Below, in pieces: positions 56,026-64,000 of a DNA stretch of 64,000 nucleotides. Position 1 is the first letter of the stretch; each line of letters opens with the position of its first letter. The notes below the pieces were generated by a model that was not told where the DNA came from, ran no database searches, and saw nothing but the letters and a program-made list of their open reading frames with translations. The stretch comes from Candidatus Dormiibacterota bacterium. Its GTDB lineage: Bacteria; Chloroflexota; Dormibacteria; Aeolococcales; Bog-877. The stretch is from positions 238 through 64,237 of the forward strand of contig DAHUYV010000161.1 of assembly GCA_027306885.1 (NCBI GenBank). Direction: 5' to 3'. The position numbers were made by a program, and so were the translations under genes.

Positions 56026-56379
56026 ATGCGCCACCTAAAGGCGGGCCGGAAGCTGGGGCGGACCTCAGCCCACCGGCAGGCACTCACCCGCAACCTGGCC
56101 ACCGCTCTCTTCGAGCACGGCCGGATCGAGACCACCGAGGTCAAGGCCAAAGAGATCCGGCGCTGGGTTGAGAAGCTGGTGACCACCGCCAAGACCGACG
56201 ACGTGCACCACCGCCGCCAGGTGTCCCGGGTGATAGCCCGTGAGGACGTGGCCGCCAAGCTGTTCGGCCAGTACGCGGAGCGGTTCCGGGAGCGCCCCGG
56301 GGGCTACACCCGGATCGTGGCCAAGGGGCCGCGCCCCGGCGATGGAGCTCCGGTTGTGATCATGGAGCTGGTGGATTGA
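56026..56379 (+). CDS. rplQ: 50S ribosomal protein L17
   Basis: MRHLKAGRKLGRTSAHRQALTRNLA…. Confidence 0.95.
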   Translation: MRHLKAGRKLGRTSAHRQALTRNLATALFEHGRIETTEVKAKEIRRWVEKLVTTAKTDDVHHRRQVSRVIAREDVAAKLFGQYAERFRERPGGYTRIVAKGPRPGDGAPVVIMELVD

Positions 56380-57155
56380 GCGAGGTCGCCCAGAGCTACC
56401 GGCTCACCGTCGCCTACGACGGCACCGCCTACCACGGCTGGCAGCGCCAGCCGCATACGGCCACCGTCGCCGGCTGCCTGGAGGCGGCGCTGGTGGCGGC
56501 AACCGGGCAGCGGCCCCCGATCCGGGCGGCGGGGCGGACCGACGCCGGGGCTCACGCCCGCGGTCAGGTTGTGGGCTTCAGCCTGGATCCCGGGTGGGCG
56601 CCGGAGGCCCTGCGCGCCGCCTGCAACAGCCGGTTGCCGGACGATGTCCGGGTGACGGGGGCCCAGCTGGCCGGGGCCGACTTCGACCCGCGGCGGCAGG
56701 CCTGGCGGCGCACCTACCGCTATCAGGTCCGCACCGGCCAGGGCCGCCAGCCAGTGGGTCGGCAGTACGCCTGGTCGCTGCCCTTCGAGTTGGAGCTGGC
56801 GCCGATGAGAGGCGCCGCCCGAGCACTTCTGGGTCGGCACGACTTCGCTTCCTTCGGGACCAGCCCGGTCGCCGGCGGCTCAACCGCGCGCCTCCTGGAC
56901 CGGGCTGACATCGCCATCAGCGACTCGGGCTACACCTTCGAGCTCCGCGGCGACGCGTTCCTGCGGGGGATGGTGCGGAACCTGGTGGGGGCCCTGGTGG
57001 GGGTGGGTTCGGGCCGGATGACGGCAGAGCAGTTCCGCTCGCTCCTCGCCGACGCCCGCCCGGGGTCCGCCGGCGGTCTCAGTGCTCCCGCGCAGGGGCT
57101 GCACCTCTGGCGCGTGGAGTACCTAGACCTCGAGCAGCAGGGAGCAAGCGCATGA
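56376..57155 (+). CDS. truA: tRNA pseudouridine(38-40) synthase
   Basis: YRLTVAYDGTAYHGWQRQP… with catalytic-aspartate context and GRTDAGAHA. Confidence 0.9.
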   Translation: MSEVAQSYRLTVAYDGTAYHGWQRQPHTATVAGCLEAALVAATGQRPPIRAAGRTDAGAHARGQVVGFSLDPGWAPEALRAACNSRLPDDVRVTGAQLAGADFDPRRQAWRRTYRYQVRTGQGRQPVGRQYAWSLPFELELAPMRGAARALLGRHDFASFGTSPVAGGSTARLLDRADIAISDSGYTFELRGDAFLRGMVRNLVGALVGVGSGRMTAEQFRSLLADARPGSAGGLSAPAQGLHLWRVEYLDLEQQGASA

Positions 57156-57625
57156 GCACCACAGCCCAGCCCACCTTCAGCCTTCGGCCGTCGACCACGG
57201 GAGCGGAGCGCTGGTGGCTGGTCGACGCCCAGGGGCAGACCCTCGGCCGACTGGCGGTGAACGTGGCCCGGGTGCTGCGCGGCAAGCACCGGGCCGACTA
57301 CACCCCTCACGCCCTCGGCGTCGACCACGTGATCGTGATCAACGCGGGAGGGCTGGAGGTTACCGGCAGCAAGCGGACCGACAAGATCTACGACCGCTAC
57401 ACCGGATACCCGGGGGGGCGCCGCGAGCGCACCTACCTGGAGGTCATCGAGCGCGACCCGACCCAGCCGTTCCGGCTCGCGGTGCGAGGGATGCTCCAGC
57501 ACAACACCCTCGGCGGATTGCAGATCAAACGGCTGAAGGTATACTCGGGGGCCGAGCATCCCCATCAGGCTCAGCAGCCGGTGGCGATCCGGTTCGGTGA
57601 CTGTGGGGAGGTGGTGCCACTGTGA
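57152..57625 (+). CDS. rplM: 50S ribosomal protein L13
   Basis: Family match. Confidence 0.95.
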   Translation: MSTTAQPTFSLRPSTTGAERWWLVDAQGQTLGRLAVNVARVLRGKHRADYTPHALGVDHVIVINAGGLEVTGSKRTDKIYDRYTGYPGGRRERTYLEVIERDPTQPFRLAVRGMLQHNTLGGLQIKRLKVYSGAEHPHQAQQPVAIRFGDCGEVVPL

Positions 57626-58023
57626 GCGATGACGTGACCGGCTACGCCTACGGCACCGGCCGACGCAAGACCGCGGTGGCGCGGGTCAGGATCTACCAGG
57701 GCGCCGGCCCGACCGTGGTGAATGAGCGCGACCCGCTGCGCCACTTCGGTCGCCGGGAGCTGGAGGAGATGGCGCTTCGCCCGCTGCGCCTCACCGGGGT
57801 GAGCGATCGGGTCCGGGTCAGCGTGAAGGTCGACGGCGGCGGTGTCGCCGGGCAGGCTGGTGCGGTCTCGCACGGACTGGCCCGCGCGCTGGTGGTCATG
57901 GACTCCGAGCTTCGCGCTCAGCTCAAGGCGGCGGGCCTGCTGACCCGCGACCCGCGCATGAAGGAGCGCAAGAAGCCGGGGCTCAAGCGGGCCCGCAAGG
58001 CACCCCAGTACACCAAGCGCTGA
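57622..58023 (+). CDS. rpsI: 30S ribosomal protein S9
   Basis: …GTGRRKTAVARVRI… and the C-terminal KKPGLKRARKAPQYTKR. Confidence 0.95.
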   Translation: MSDDVTGYAYGTGRRKTAVARVRIYQGAGPTVVNERDPLRHFGRRELEEMALRPLRLTGVSDRVRVSVKVDGGGVAGQAGAVSHGLARALVVMDSELRAQLKAAGLLTRDPRMKERKKPGLKRARKAPQYTKR

Positions 58024-58113
58024 GCGCCACTCCCCGGGGCCCTGGCCGGCCGCATCCTATACTTCTACTTCGATCTTGAATTCAGTGCCGATGCAGGTTG
58101 GAGGTCGCCCACG

Positions 58114-59046
58114 GTGGAGCTGAGGGGCCGCGACCTTCTGGCGGTTGCCGACCTGCGGCCGGACGAGCTGACCGGGCTGTTGGACCGGGCTGTGGCGCTG
58201 AAGCGGGGATGGGACCCGGGAACTCCCCTGGAGCGGCGCTCGATCGCGCTGATCTTCCTGCGACCGAGCAACCGGACGAGGGTTTCGTTCGAGGCGGCCA
58301 TCGCGCGCCTCGGGGGGCACCCGATCGCCCTGTTCGACCGTGAGATCGAGATGGGCAAGCGGGAGTCGGTGGGTGACGTGGGCCGGATCATGGACCGGTT
58401 CGTCGATGGGCTGGTGGCGCGGATCCCCTCGGACCGGGACCTGCGCGGGCTCGCCGGGGCGATGGGCGCACCGGTCATCAACGCGATGACCGATCTCGGT
58501 CATCCCTGCCAGATCCTGGCGGACTGCCTCACCGTCCAAGAGCAGTTGGGCCGGCTGGCCGGCGCCCGGATCACCTTCGTCGGCGACGGCAACAACGTGT
58601 GCAACTCCTGGATCGAGGCAGCCCAGGTGGCCGAGCTCGACCTCCGGGTGGTCACCCCGCCGGGGTATGGGCCACGCGAGCCGGTTCTGGCCCGGTCCCG
58701 CCCGGACGAGGGCCGGGGGAGCGTCACCGTAACCAATGACCTGGCTGAGGGGTTGGCGGGTACGGAAGTCATCTACACTGACGTCTGGACCAGCATGGGC
58801 CAGGAGGAGCAGCACGAGGATCGCCGGCAGGACTTCGGTCCATATCAGATCAACGAGTCGGTCCTCGAGCGGGCGCCGGCCGGGGTCAGGGTGATGCATT
58901 GCCTGCCGGCGCACCGGGGCGAGGAGATCACCGACGGGGTGATCGACGGGCCCCAGTCGATCGTCTTCGAGCAGGCAGAGAACCGGTACTGGGTCCAGCT
59001 GGCGTTGCTCTCCGCGATCTTCGGCTCGGCCGAGCCTTCGTCATGA
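58114..59046 (+). CDS. argF: Ornithine carbamoyltransferase-family protein
   Basis: Carbamoyl-phosphate site S-N-R-T-R (canonical STRTR), DVWTSMG, and HCLP motifs. GTG start. Confidence 0.75.
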   Translation: MELRGRDLLAVADLRPDELTGLLDRAVALKRGWDPGTPLERRSIALIFLRPSNRTRVSFEAAIARLGGHPIALFDREIEMGKRESVGDVGRIMDRFVDGLVARIPSDRDLRGLAGAMGAPVINAMTDLGHPCQILADCLTVQEQLGRLAGARITFVGDGNNVCNSWIEAAQVAELDLRVVTPPGYGPREPVLARSRPDEGRGSVTVTNDLAEGLAGTEVIYTDVWTSMGQEEQHEDRRQDFGPYQINESVLERAPAGVRVMHCLPAHRGEEITDGVIDGPQSIVFEQAENRYWVQLALLSAIFGSAEPSS

Positions 59047-59068
59047 CCGGGGCCGCCGCGGGCGGAAC

Positions 59069-59956
59069 GTGATGCTGGTCTTGGGCGGGCTCAACCTCGG
59101 CGAAACCCTCCGGGTGATGTTCCAGACGGTGGGCTGGCAGGACGCCCTGGACATCGTCATCATCACCTATCTGGTCTACCGCCTCCTGGTGCTGATCCGG
59201 GGCACCCAGGCGATGCAGATTCTGGTGGGGCTGCTTCTGATCGGAGCCCTGGGCGCCCTTGCCTTCATCCTCAACCTCCCGGTTCTCAAGTTCATCTACA
59301 GCAACGGCGGGCAGGTGATCCTGATCGGGGTGATCATCCTTTTCCAGCCCGAGCTCCGTCGTGCCCTGGACCAGATGGGCAGCCTGGGCCGCTTGCGTCG
59401 GGGCCTTTTGGCCCCCGACACCGCCCAGCTCCGGCGTGAAGTCGACGAGGTGGTGCGCGCGGCGGTCCGCCTTGGCGAGGCCGCGACAGGGGCCCTGATC
59501 GTGATCCAGGGCGACATCGGGCTGGAGGAGATCGTGACCACGGGGGTGCGCCTGGACGCCCTGCTCAGCTCCGAGGCTTTGATAACTGTCTTCACCTACA
59601 AATCCCCCCTGCACGACGGTGCGGCGGTGGTCCACCCGGGCCGCCTGGTCGCCGCCGGCTGTGTGCTGCCGCTGGCGGAGCAGGACCTTCGCACTCGGGG
59701 TACCGGCACCCGCCACCTGGCGGCGGTGGGCCTGACCAGGGCGACCGACGCCGGCGTCGTGGTGGTGTCCGAGGAGACCGGGCGGGTCAGCTGGGCGGTC
59801 GGCGGCCAGCTGGAGACGGGGCTGGACGGGGAGCAGCTCACCAACCGGCTGGGCGCTTTCCTCGGCCTGCCGCTGTATGAGCGCCACCGCCGCTCGATCC
59901 GCCTGCGCCCGCGGGGGAGCCGGCGCGAGGAGCCAACCGTCGTGGGGCGGCGCTGA
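59069..59956 (+). CDS. cdaA: Diadenylate cyclase CdaA (c-di-AMP synthase)
   Basis: Three N-terminal transmembrane helices plus a DAC domain with LHDGAAVV (DGA) and GTRHLAA (RHR) motifs. Confidence 0.85.
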   Translation: MMLVLGGLNLGETLRVMFQTVGWQDALDIVIITYLVYRLLVLIRGTQAMQILVGLLLIGALGALAFILNLPVLKFIYSNGGQVILIGVIILFQPELRRALDQMGSLGRLRRGLLAPDTAQLRREVDEVVRAAVRLGEAATGALIVIQGDIGLEEIVTTGVRLDALLSSEALITVFTYKSPLHDGAAVVHPGRLVAAGCVLPLAEQDLRTRGTGTRHLAAVGLTRATDAGVVVVSEETGRVSWAVGGQLETGLDGEQLTNRLGAFLGLPLYERHRRSIRLRPRGSRREEPTVVGRR

Positions 59957-59957
59957 G

Positions 59958-60959
59958 CTGATGGCGGCCCGGTTCGCCCACGCCGCGGCGCGGAACTGGC
60001 GGCTGAAGGTGATCGCCCTGCTGGTGGCCTGCGGCATGTGGGTGGGAGTGGTGTACGCCCGCAACCCCCCGGCGATCGCCACGGTTCAGGTGCCGGTCCA
60101 GACGCTGGGGCTGGCCTCTGACCTGGTTCTGCTGCCCACCATCCCGGGCGGGTCGGCAGGGGGGACGATCGCCGTGAAGGTGGCGGGGGTCCGCTCCAAC
60201 GTGCGCTCGCCCAATGTGGCGAGCGAGCTCTCCGCCTACGCCGACCTCAGCTCGATCAAGGGCCCGGGCCGGTACTCGGTGCCGGTGCACGTGATCAAGA
60301 CCGACAGCAACGTGGAGCTCTGGTCCGTCCCCACCCACGCCTCCCTCTTAGTGGACAAGCTGGTCACGGCGTCGCTGCCGGTGCATGTGCAGGTGGCGAG
60401 TGGTCAGCTCCCGCCCACCGGCTACTCCTGGAGCAGTTCCAAAACGACGGTGAGTCCGGCCACCGTCACGGTGCGGGCCCCCAGCAGCGTCATCACCCAG
60501 CTCGAGCCGGTCGTCACCATCTCCCTCGCCCAGGCCCGAAGCTCGGTGCAGGTCACCGAGGACGTCAGCCTGCTGCACCAGGGCGGCCTCGGGGCCCACA
60601 TCACCTTCTCGCCCTCGGTGGTGACGGTGAACGCGGTGATCACCTCTCAGACCTCGGAGCGCACCGTGGTGGTGTATGTCGTCACCTCGGGACAGCCCGC
60701 CTCCGGCTTCCAGGTGGTCGGCATCCAATCGAGCCCGCTCACGGTGATCGTGACCGGCGCCTCGGGCACCATCACCAGCCTCAGCTCCATCGACACTCAG
60801 GCGGTGAACCTCAACGGCCTGACCAAGACCACCAGCTACCAGCTGCCCCTGGTCCTGCCCTCCGGGGTGACGGCCTCCACTGCCACGGTGACGGTCGTGG
60901 TGGACATCGCTCCGGTCTCCATCGCCACCCCAACACCGTCTCCGTCGCCGACGCCCTGA
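59958..60959 (+). CDS. cdaR: CdaR/YbbR-like regulator of CdaA
   Basis: Single N-terminal transmembrane helix followed by repeated YbbR-like β-rich segments. Immediately follows cdaA (2-nt gap). PT-rich C-terminus. Confidence 0.7.
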   Translation: MMAARFAHAAARNWRLKVIALLVACGMWVGVVYARNPPAIATVQVPVQTLGLASDLVLLPTIPGGSAGGTIAVKVAGVRSNVRSPNVASELSAYADLSSIKGPGRYSVPVHVIKTDSNVELWSVPTHASLLVDKLVTASLPVHVQVASGQLPPTGYSWSSSKTTVSPATVTVRAPSSVITQLEPVVTISLAQARSSVQVTEDVSLLHQGGLGAHITFSPSVVTVNAVITSQTSERTVVVYVVTSGQPASGFQVVGIQSSPLTVIVTGASGTITSLSSIDTQAVNLNGLTKTTSYQLPLVLPSGVTASTATVTVVVDIAPVSIATPTPSPSPTP

Positions 60960-61033
60960 GCCGAAGCCCTGTAACCTCTTCCCCGGCGGGGGCGTTGTCC
61001 GGGGGGAACGAAGGACCAGGGGAGGCGCTTCAG

Positions 61034-62866
61034 ATGTGCGGCATCATCGGCTACCTGGGCCCACGGCCGGCGGCACCGGTTCTGCTCGAGAGCCTGCGGC
61101 GCCTCGAGTACCGGGGCTACGACTCGTCAGGGGTGGTCGTGCTGAGCGGTGAGGGTGCCCCGGTGGCGATCAAGGCGGCCGGGAAGGTCCAGTCGCTGCT
61201 CGATCGAATCGACGGGGAGCAGATCCTCGGCAAGGTGGGGATGGGCCACACCCGGTGGGCCACCCACGGCAGCCCGACCTTCGAGAACGCCCACCCGCAC
61301 TCCGATTGCGGCGGGCGCTTCTTTGTGATCCACAACGGGATCATCGAGAACTTCGCCGAGCTCCGCGCCGAGCTGCAGGCCGGCGGGCACGTCTTCCGGT
61401 CGGAGACCGATACGGAGGTCCTGCCCCACCTGATCGAGGAGTACTACGAGGGCGACCTGGTGCTCGCCGCACGGCGGGCGCTGCGTCGCCTCCGTGGCGC
61501 CTACGCCGTGGTGATCCTCAGCTCCACCGATCCCGACACCCTGATCGGCGCCCGGCTGAACGCCCCGCTGGTGGTCGGGGTGGGCGCCGACGAATGGTTC
61601 CTCAGCTCGGACCTCGCCGCGATCATCCCCTACACCAAGCGGGCCCTGGTGCTGGGCGAGGGGGACATGGCGGTCCTCAGCCCGGTCGGCCCCGTGGTGA
61701 CCTCGATCGCCGACGGCAGCGAGTCCGTCCCCCGGGTGGTGCGGGTGGAGTGGGACGTGCTGCAGGCGGAGCGTGGCGGATACCCCAGCTTCATGGCCAA
61801 GGAGATGCACGAGCAGCCGGCGGCGTTGGAGAACGCCCTGCGGGGCCGACTCCTGTCAGACGGGCGCGTGGAGTTCGCCGACTGGGACATCGACCCCGAG
61901 CAGCTTAGGCGCTTCCAGCGAGTTCAGATCGTCGGCGCCGGATCGGCGCACTACGCGGGGCTGCTGGCCAAGTACGCCATCGAGGACCTCTCCCGCATCC
62001 CCACCGCGGTGGAGGTCGCCTCGGAATGGCGCTACCGGCCCCAGACCGTCGGCGCCGATACCCTGACCGTGGCGATCTCCCAGTCCGGAGAGACGGCCGA
62101 CACCCTGGCGGCGGCCCGCCGCGCCCAGGAGCAGGGCAGCTACGTGTTGGCGATCAGCAACGTGGTCGGGAGCACCCTGGCGCTGGAGGCCGATGCCATG
62201 GTGAACCTGCACGCCGGTCCCGAGATCTGCGTCGTGGCCACCAAGACGTTCTTGAACCAGGTGGCGGTGTCGCTGCTCCTCGCCATGCGCCTGGCCCAGG
62301 TGCGGTCCACCGCTGACCCGGGGGACCTGCGCCGGCTGGCGGGGGCGATGCGGAGCGTCGCCGACGCCCAGCAGCGCCTGCTGCAGGCGGAGCTGGAGAT
62401 GCAGCCCCTCGGGGCCTGGCTGGCCCAGCATCGCAGCATCCTCTACATCGGCAGGGGATACAACTACCCGGTGGCGCTGGAGGCGGCCCTGAAGCTGAAG
62501 GAGGTCTCCTACCTGCACGCCGAGGCCTACCCCGCCGGCGAGCTAAAGCACGGTCCCATCGCGCTCCTGGACCCCGGGGTGCCGGTGGTCGCCTTCGCCA
62601 CCGAGAGTGCGACCCGGGAGAAGGTGCGCAGCAACATCCAGGAGGTCAGCGCCCGGCTGAGCCCGATCCTCGCCGTGGTGACCGAGGGCGACAGCAGCCT
62701 GGACGGCCTGGCGACCCACCTGGTGCAGGTGCCGAGGGTGCCTGAGATGGTGGCGCCGATGGTCAACGTGCTGGTGGGGCAGCTGCTCGCCTACCATGCG
62801 GCCATGAGCCAGGGCCTCGACGTGGACCGACCACGGAACCTCGCCAAGTCCGTCACTGTGGAGTGA
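61034..62866 (+). CDS. glmS: Glutamine–fructose-6-phosphate aminotransferase
   Basis: MCGIIGY… N-terminal nucleophile Cys, two SIS domains, C-terminal …LAKSVTVE. Confidence 0.95.
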   Translation: MCGIIGYLGPRPAAPVLLESLRRLEYRGYDSSGVVVLSGEGAPVAIKAAGKVQSLLDRIDGEQILGKVGMGHTRWATHGSPTFENAHPHSDCGGRFFVIHNGIIENFAELRAELQAGGHVFRSETDTEVLPHLIEEYYEGDLVLAARRALRRLRGAYAVVILSSTDPDTLIGARLNAPLVVGVGADEWFLSSDLAAIIPYTKRALVLGEGDMAVLSPVGPVVTSIADGSESVPRVVRVEWDVLQAERGGYPSFMAKEMHEQPAALENALRGRLLSDGRVEFADWDIDPEQLRRFQRVQIVGAGSAHYAGLLAKYAIEDLSRIPTAVEVASEWRYRPQTVGADTLTVAISQSGETADTLAAARRAQEQGSYVLAISNVVGSTLALEADAMVNLHAGPEICVVATKTFLNQVAVSLLLAMRLAQVRSTADPGDLRRLAGAMRSVADAQQRLLQAELEMQPLGAWLAQHRSILYIGRGYNYPVALEAALKLKEVSYLHAEAYPAGELKHGPIALLDPGVPVVAFATESATREKVRSNIQEVSARLSPILAVVTEGDSSLDGLATHLVQVPRVPEMVAPMVNVLVGQLLAYHAAMSQGLDVDRPRNLAKSVTVE

Positions 62867-62966
62867 GCGGGCCGGGGCCGGGGGAGCGCCTCTTCCCGGG
62901 CCAGGAGGGAGGGCTGATTGGCCGGGGCCCCGCCCCCTACCTTTGCAGCCCCGGACCACACCGCCC

Positions 62967-64000
62967 ATGACCGTCCCTGTGGTGACCGGCATCGACGTTG
63001 CCGCGGTGGACCGGATCGCCGGCCTGCTGGAGCGCCGGCCGCGCTTTGTCGCCAAGCTCTTCACCAAGGAGGAGGCCGAGTACTGCGCCGGCCGCCCGGA
63101 GCGGCTGGCCGCGCGCTGGGCGGCCAAGGAGGCGGTCCGCAAGGTCCATGGGAGCCTGGGCCTGCCCCTGCCACCGTACCCTCGAATCTCGGTGCGGCAC
63201 CGCCCCGGCGGGGCCCCCGAGGCGTTGGTGGACGGGAGAACGGTGCCCGGGCTTGAGCTGAGCCTGAGCCACGACGCCGGGCTGGCGGTTGCGGTGGCGG
63301 TGCTGGCGGTACCCTGGAACCCGCCCCTGGCGGTGCCGGCGGGGGTGCGCCTGCCGGCGCGGCCGGATTCCGGTCACAAGGGCACCTTCGGGACCGTCCT
63401 GGTGGTGGCTGGGAGCCCGCTGTTCCCGGGAGCGGCGGTGCTGGCCTGCTGGGGCGCCTTGCGCGGTGGCGCGGGCAAGGTGCGGTGCGTGGTGGGCCTG
63501 GCCGGTCCTTCCGCCGAGCTGCCGCCGGAGGTGATCCGGGTGCCCCTGGAGGAGCGCAACGGAGCCTTCTCGGGCACGGCGGCCCGCGCCCTCGGCGATG
63601 GGCTGGGGCTGGAGTCCGTGGTCTGCGGGCCGGGGCTGGGCGGCTCGCCCGAGGTCGAGGAGTTGGTGGGAGCGGTCCTCGACGCCCGGGCCGACGGCGC
63701 CGGCCTCGTGCTGGACGCGGACGCCCTGAATGCCGCCAGCCGGTGGCCGACGCTGGGGAGCCGGATTCCGGCCGGGGTTGTCCTGACGCCCCACCCGCTG
63801 GAGGCCTCCCGACTGCTCGGGGTGGGCGCTGGCGCGGTGCAGGCGGATCGCCCCGCGGCGGCGGCGGCGTTGGCCCACCGCTGGCAGGCAGTGGTCGTCC
63901 TTAAGGGAGCGCACAGCCTGGTGGCGGATCCCTCCGGGGAGGTCTGGGAGGATCAGCACGCCACCTCGGCGCTGGCCGTCGGAGGCGCCGGCGACGTGCT
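62967..64000 (+). CDS. acpS: Holo-ACP synthase (AcpS) domain fused in-frame to an NAD(P)HX-dehydratase (YjeF-C-like) domain; continues past the window end
   Basis: Hand translation. MTVPVVTGIDVAAVDRIAGLLERRPRFVAKLFTKEEAEYC…LSLSHDAGLAVAVAV is the AcpS fold. It continues without a stop into …GHKGTFGTVLVVAGSPLFPGAAVLA…LTPHP…VLKGAHSLV…, which is YjeF-C/carbohydrate-kinase-like. Confidence 0.6.
   Translation, partial: MTVPVVTGIDVAAVDRIAGLLERRPRFVAKLFTKEEAEYCAGRPERLAARWAAKEAVRKVHGSLGLPLPPYPRISVRHRPGGAPEALVDGRTVPGLELSLSHDAGLAVAVAVLAVPWNPPLAVPAGVRLPARPDSGHKGTFGTVLVVAGSPLFPGAAVLACWGALRGGAGKVRCVVGLAGPSAELPPEVIRVPLEERNGAFSGTAARALGDGLGLESVVCGPGLGGSPEVEELVGAVLDARADGAGLVLDADALNAASRWPTLGSRIPAGVVLTPHPLEASRLLGVGAGAVQADRPAAAAALAHRWQAVVVLKGAHSLVADPSGEVWEDQHATSALAVGGAGDV

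Noticed and set aside
58024-58113. AT-rich stretch (atcctatacttctacttcgatcttgaattcagtg) as a promoter for argF.
   Set aside because: A -35/-10 pair with correct spacing could not be assigned confidently. It is recorded only as a compositional anomaly within the argF finding.
62918-63256. 112-aa ORF (MAGAPPPTFAAPDH…) offered by the ORF track at the acpS locus.
   Set aside because: Wrong frame. Hand translation from the ATG at 62967 gives an unmistakable AcpS domain in another frame. The track ORF is proline/glycine junk.

Overview
High-GC (~70%) bacterial chromosome segment. Most of it is the conserved translation/transcription super-cluster, entirely on the + strand: rpmG – tRNA-Trp – secE – nusG – rplK – rplA … rplJ – rplL – rpoB – rpoC … rpsL – rpsG – fusA – tuf – S10/spc/alpha operons (rpsJ through rplQ) – truA – rplM – rpsI, followed by argF – cdaA – cdaR – glmS – acpS/nnr-like. 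Two non-translational islands interrupt this cluster. (i) About 3.2 kb between rplA and rplJ encodes an FGGY sugar kinase plus two tandem DeoC-family class-I aldolases. (ii) About 18 kb between rpoC and rpsL encodes a VOC/glyoxalase protein; a minus-strand operon of peptide-type ABC substrate-binding protein – amidohydrolase – two permeases – aldehyde dehydrogenase with no ATPase; an FAD oxidase; two class-III aminotransferases; a PucR-type regulator; a second aldehyde dehydrogenase; a dps–fur(PerR-like) pair with a perfect palindromic operator candidate; a DUF2892 membrane protein; and an ECF sigma with a ZAS-only mini anti-sigma. The 5' end of the window carries an ECF sigma factor and three Tad/Flp pseudopilin-like genes (TadE, TadE, TadG-like). 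Other points: consensus sigma-70 promoters in front of rpmG and rpsL that share a G-rich spacer motif; a roughly 250-aa coiled-coil insertion in the beta-prime subunit of RNA polymerase (RpoC); low-complexity Pro/Thr/Ala tails on SecE, S3 and CdaR; a zinc-ribbon extension on L24; a Fur-family gene with no canonical start codon; and an apparent AcpS–NAD(P)HX-dehydratase fusion at the 3' edge. No CRISPR arrays, transposases or rRNA genes were seen. All calls are by eye from the six-frame translations and the nucleotide text; no database searches were possible.
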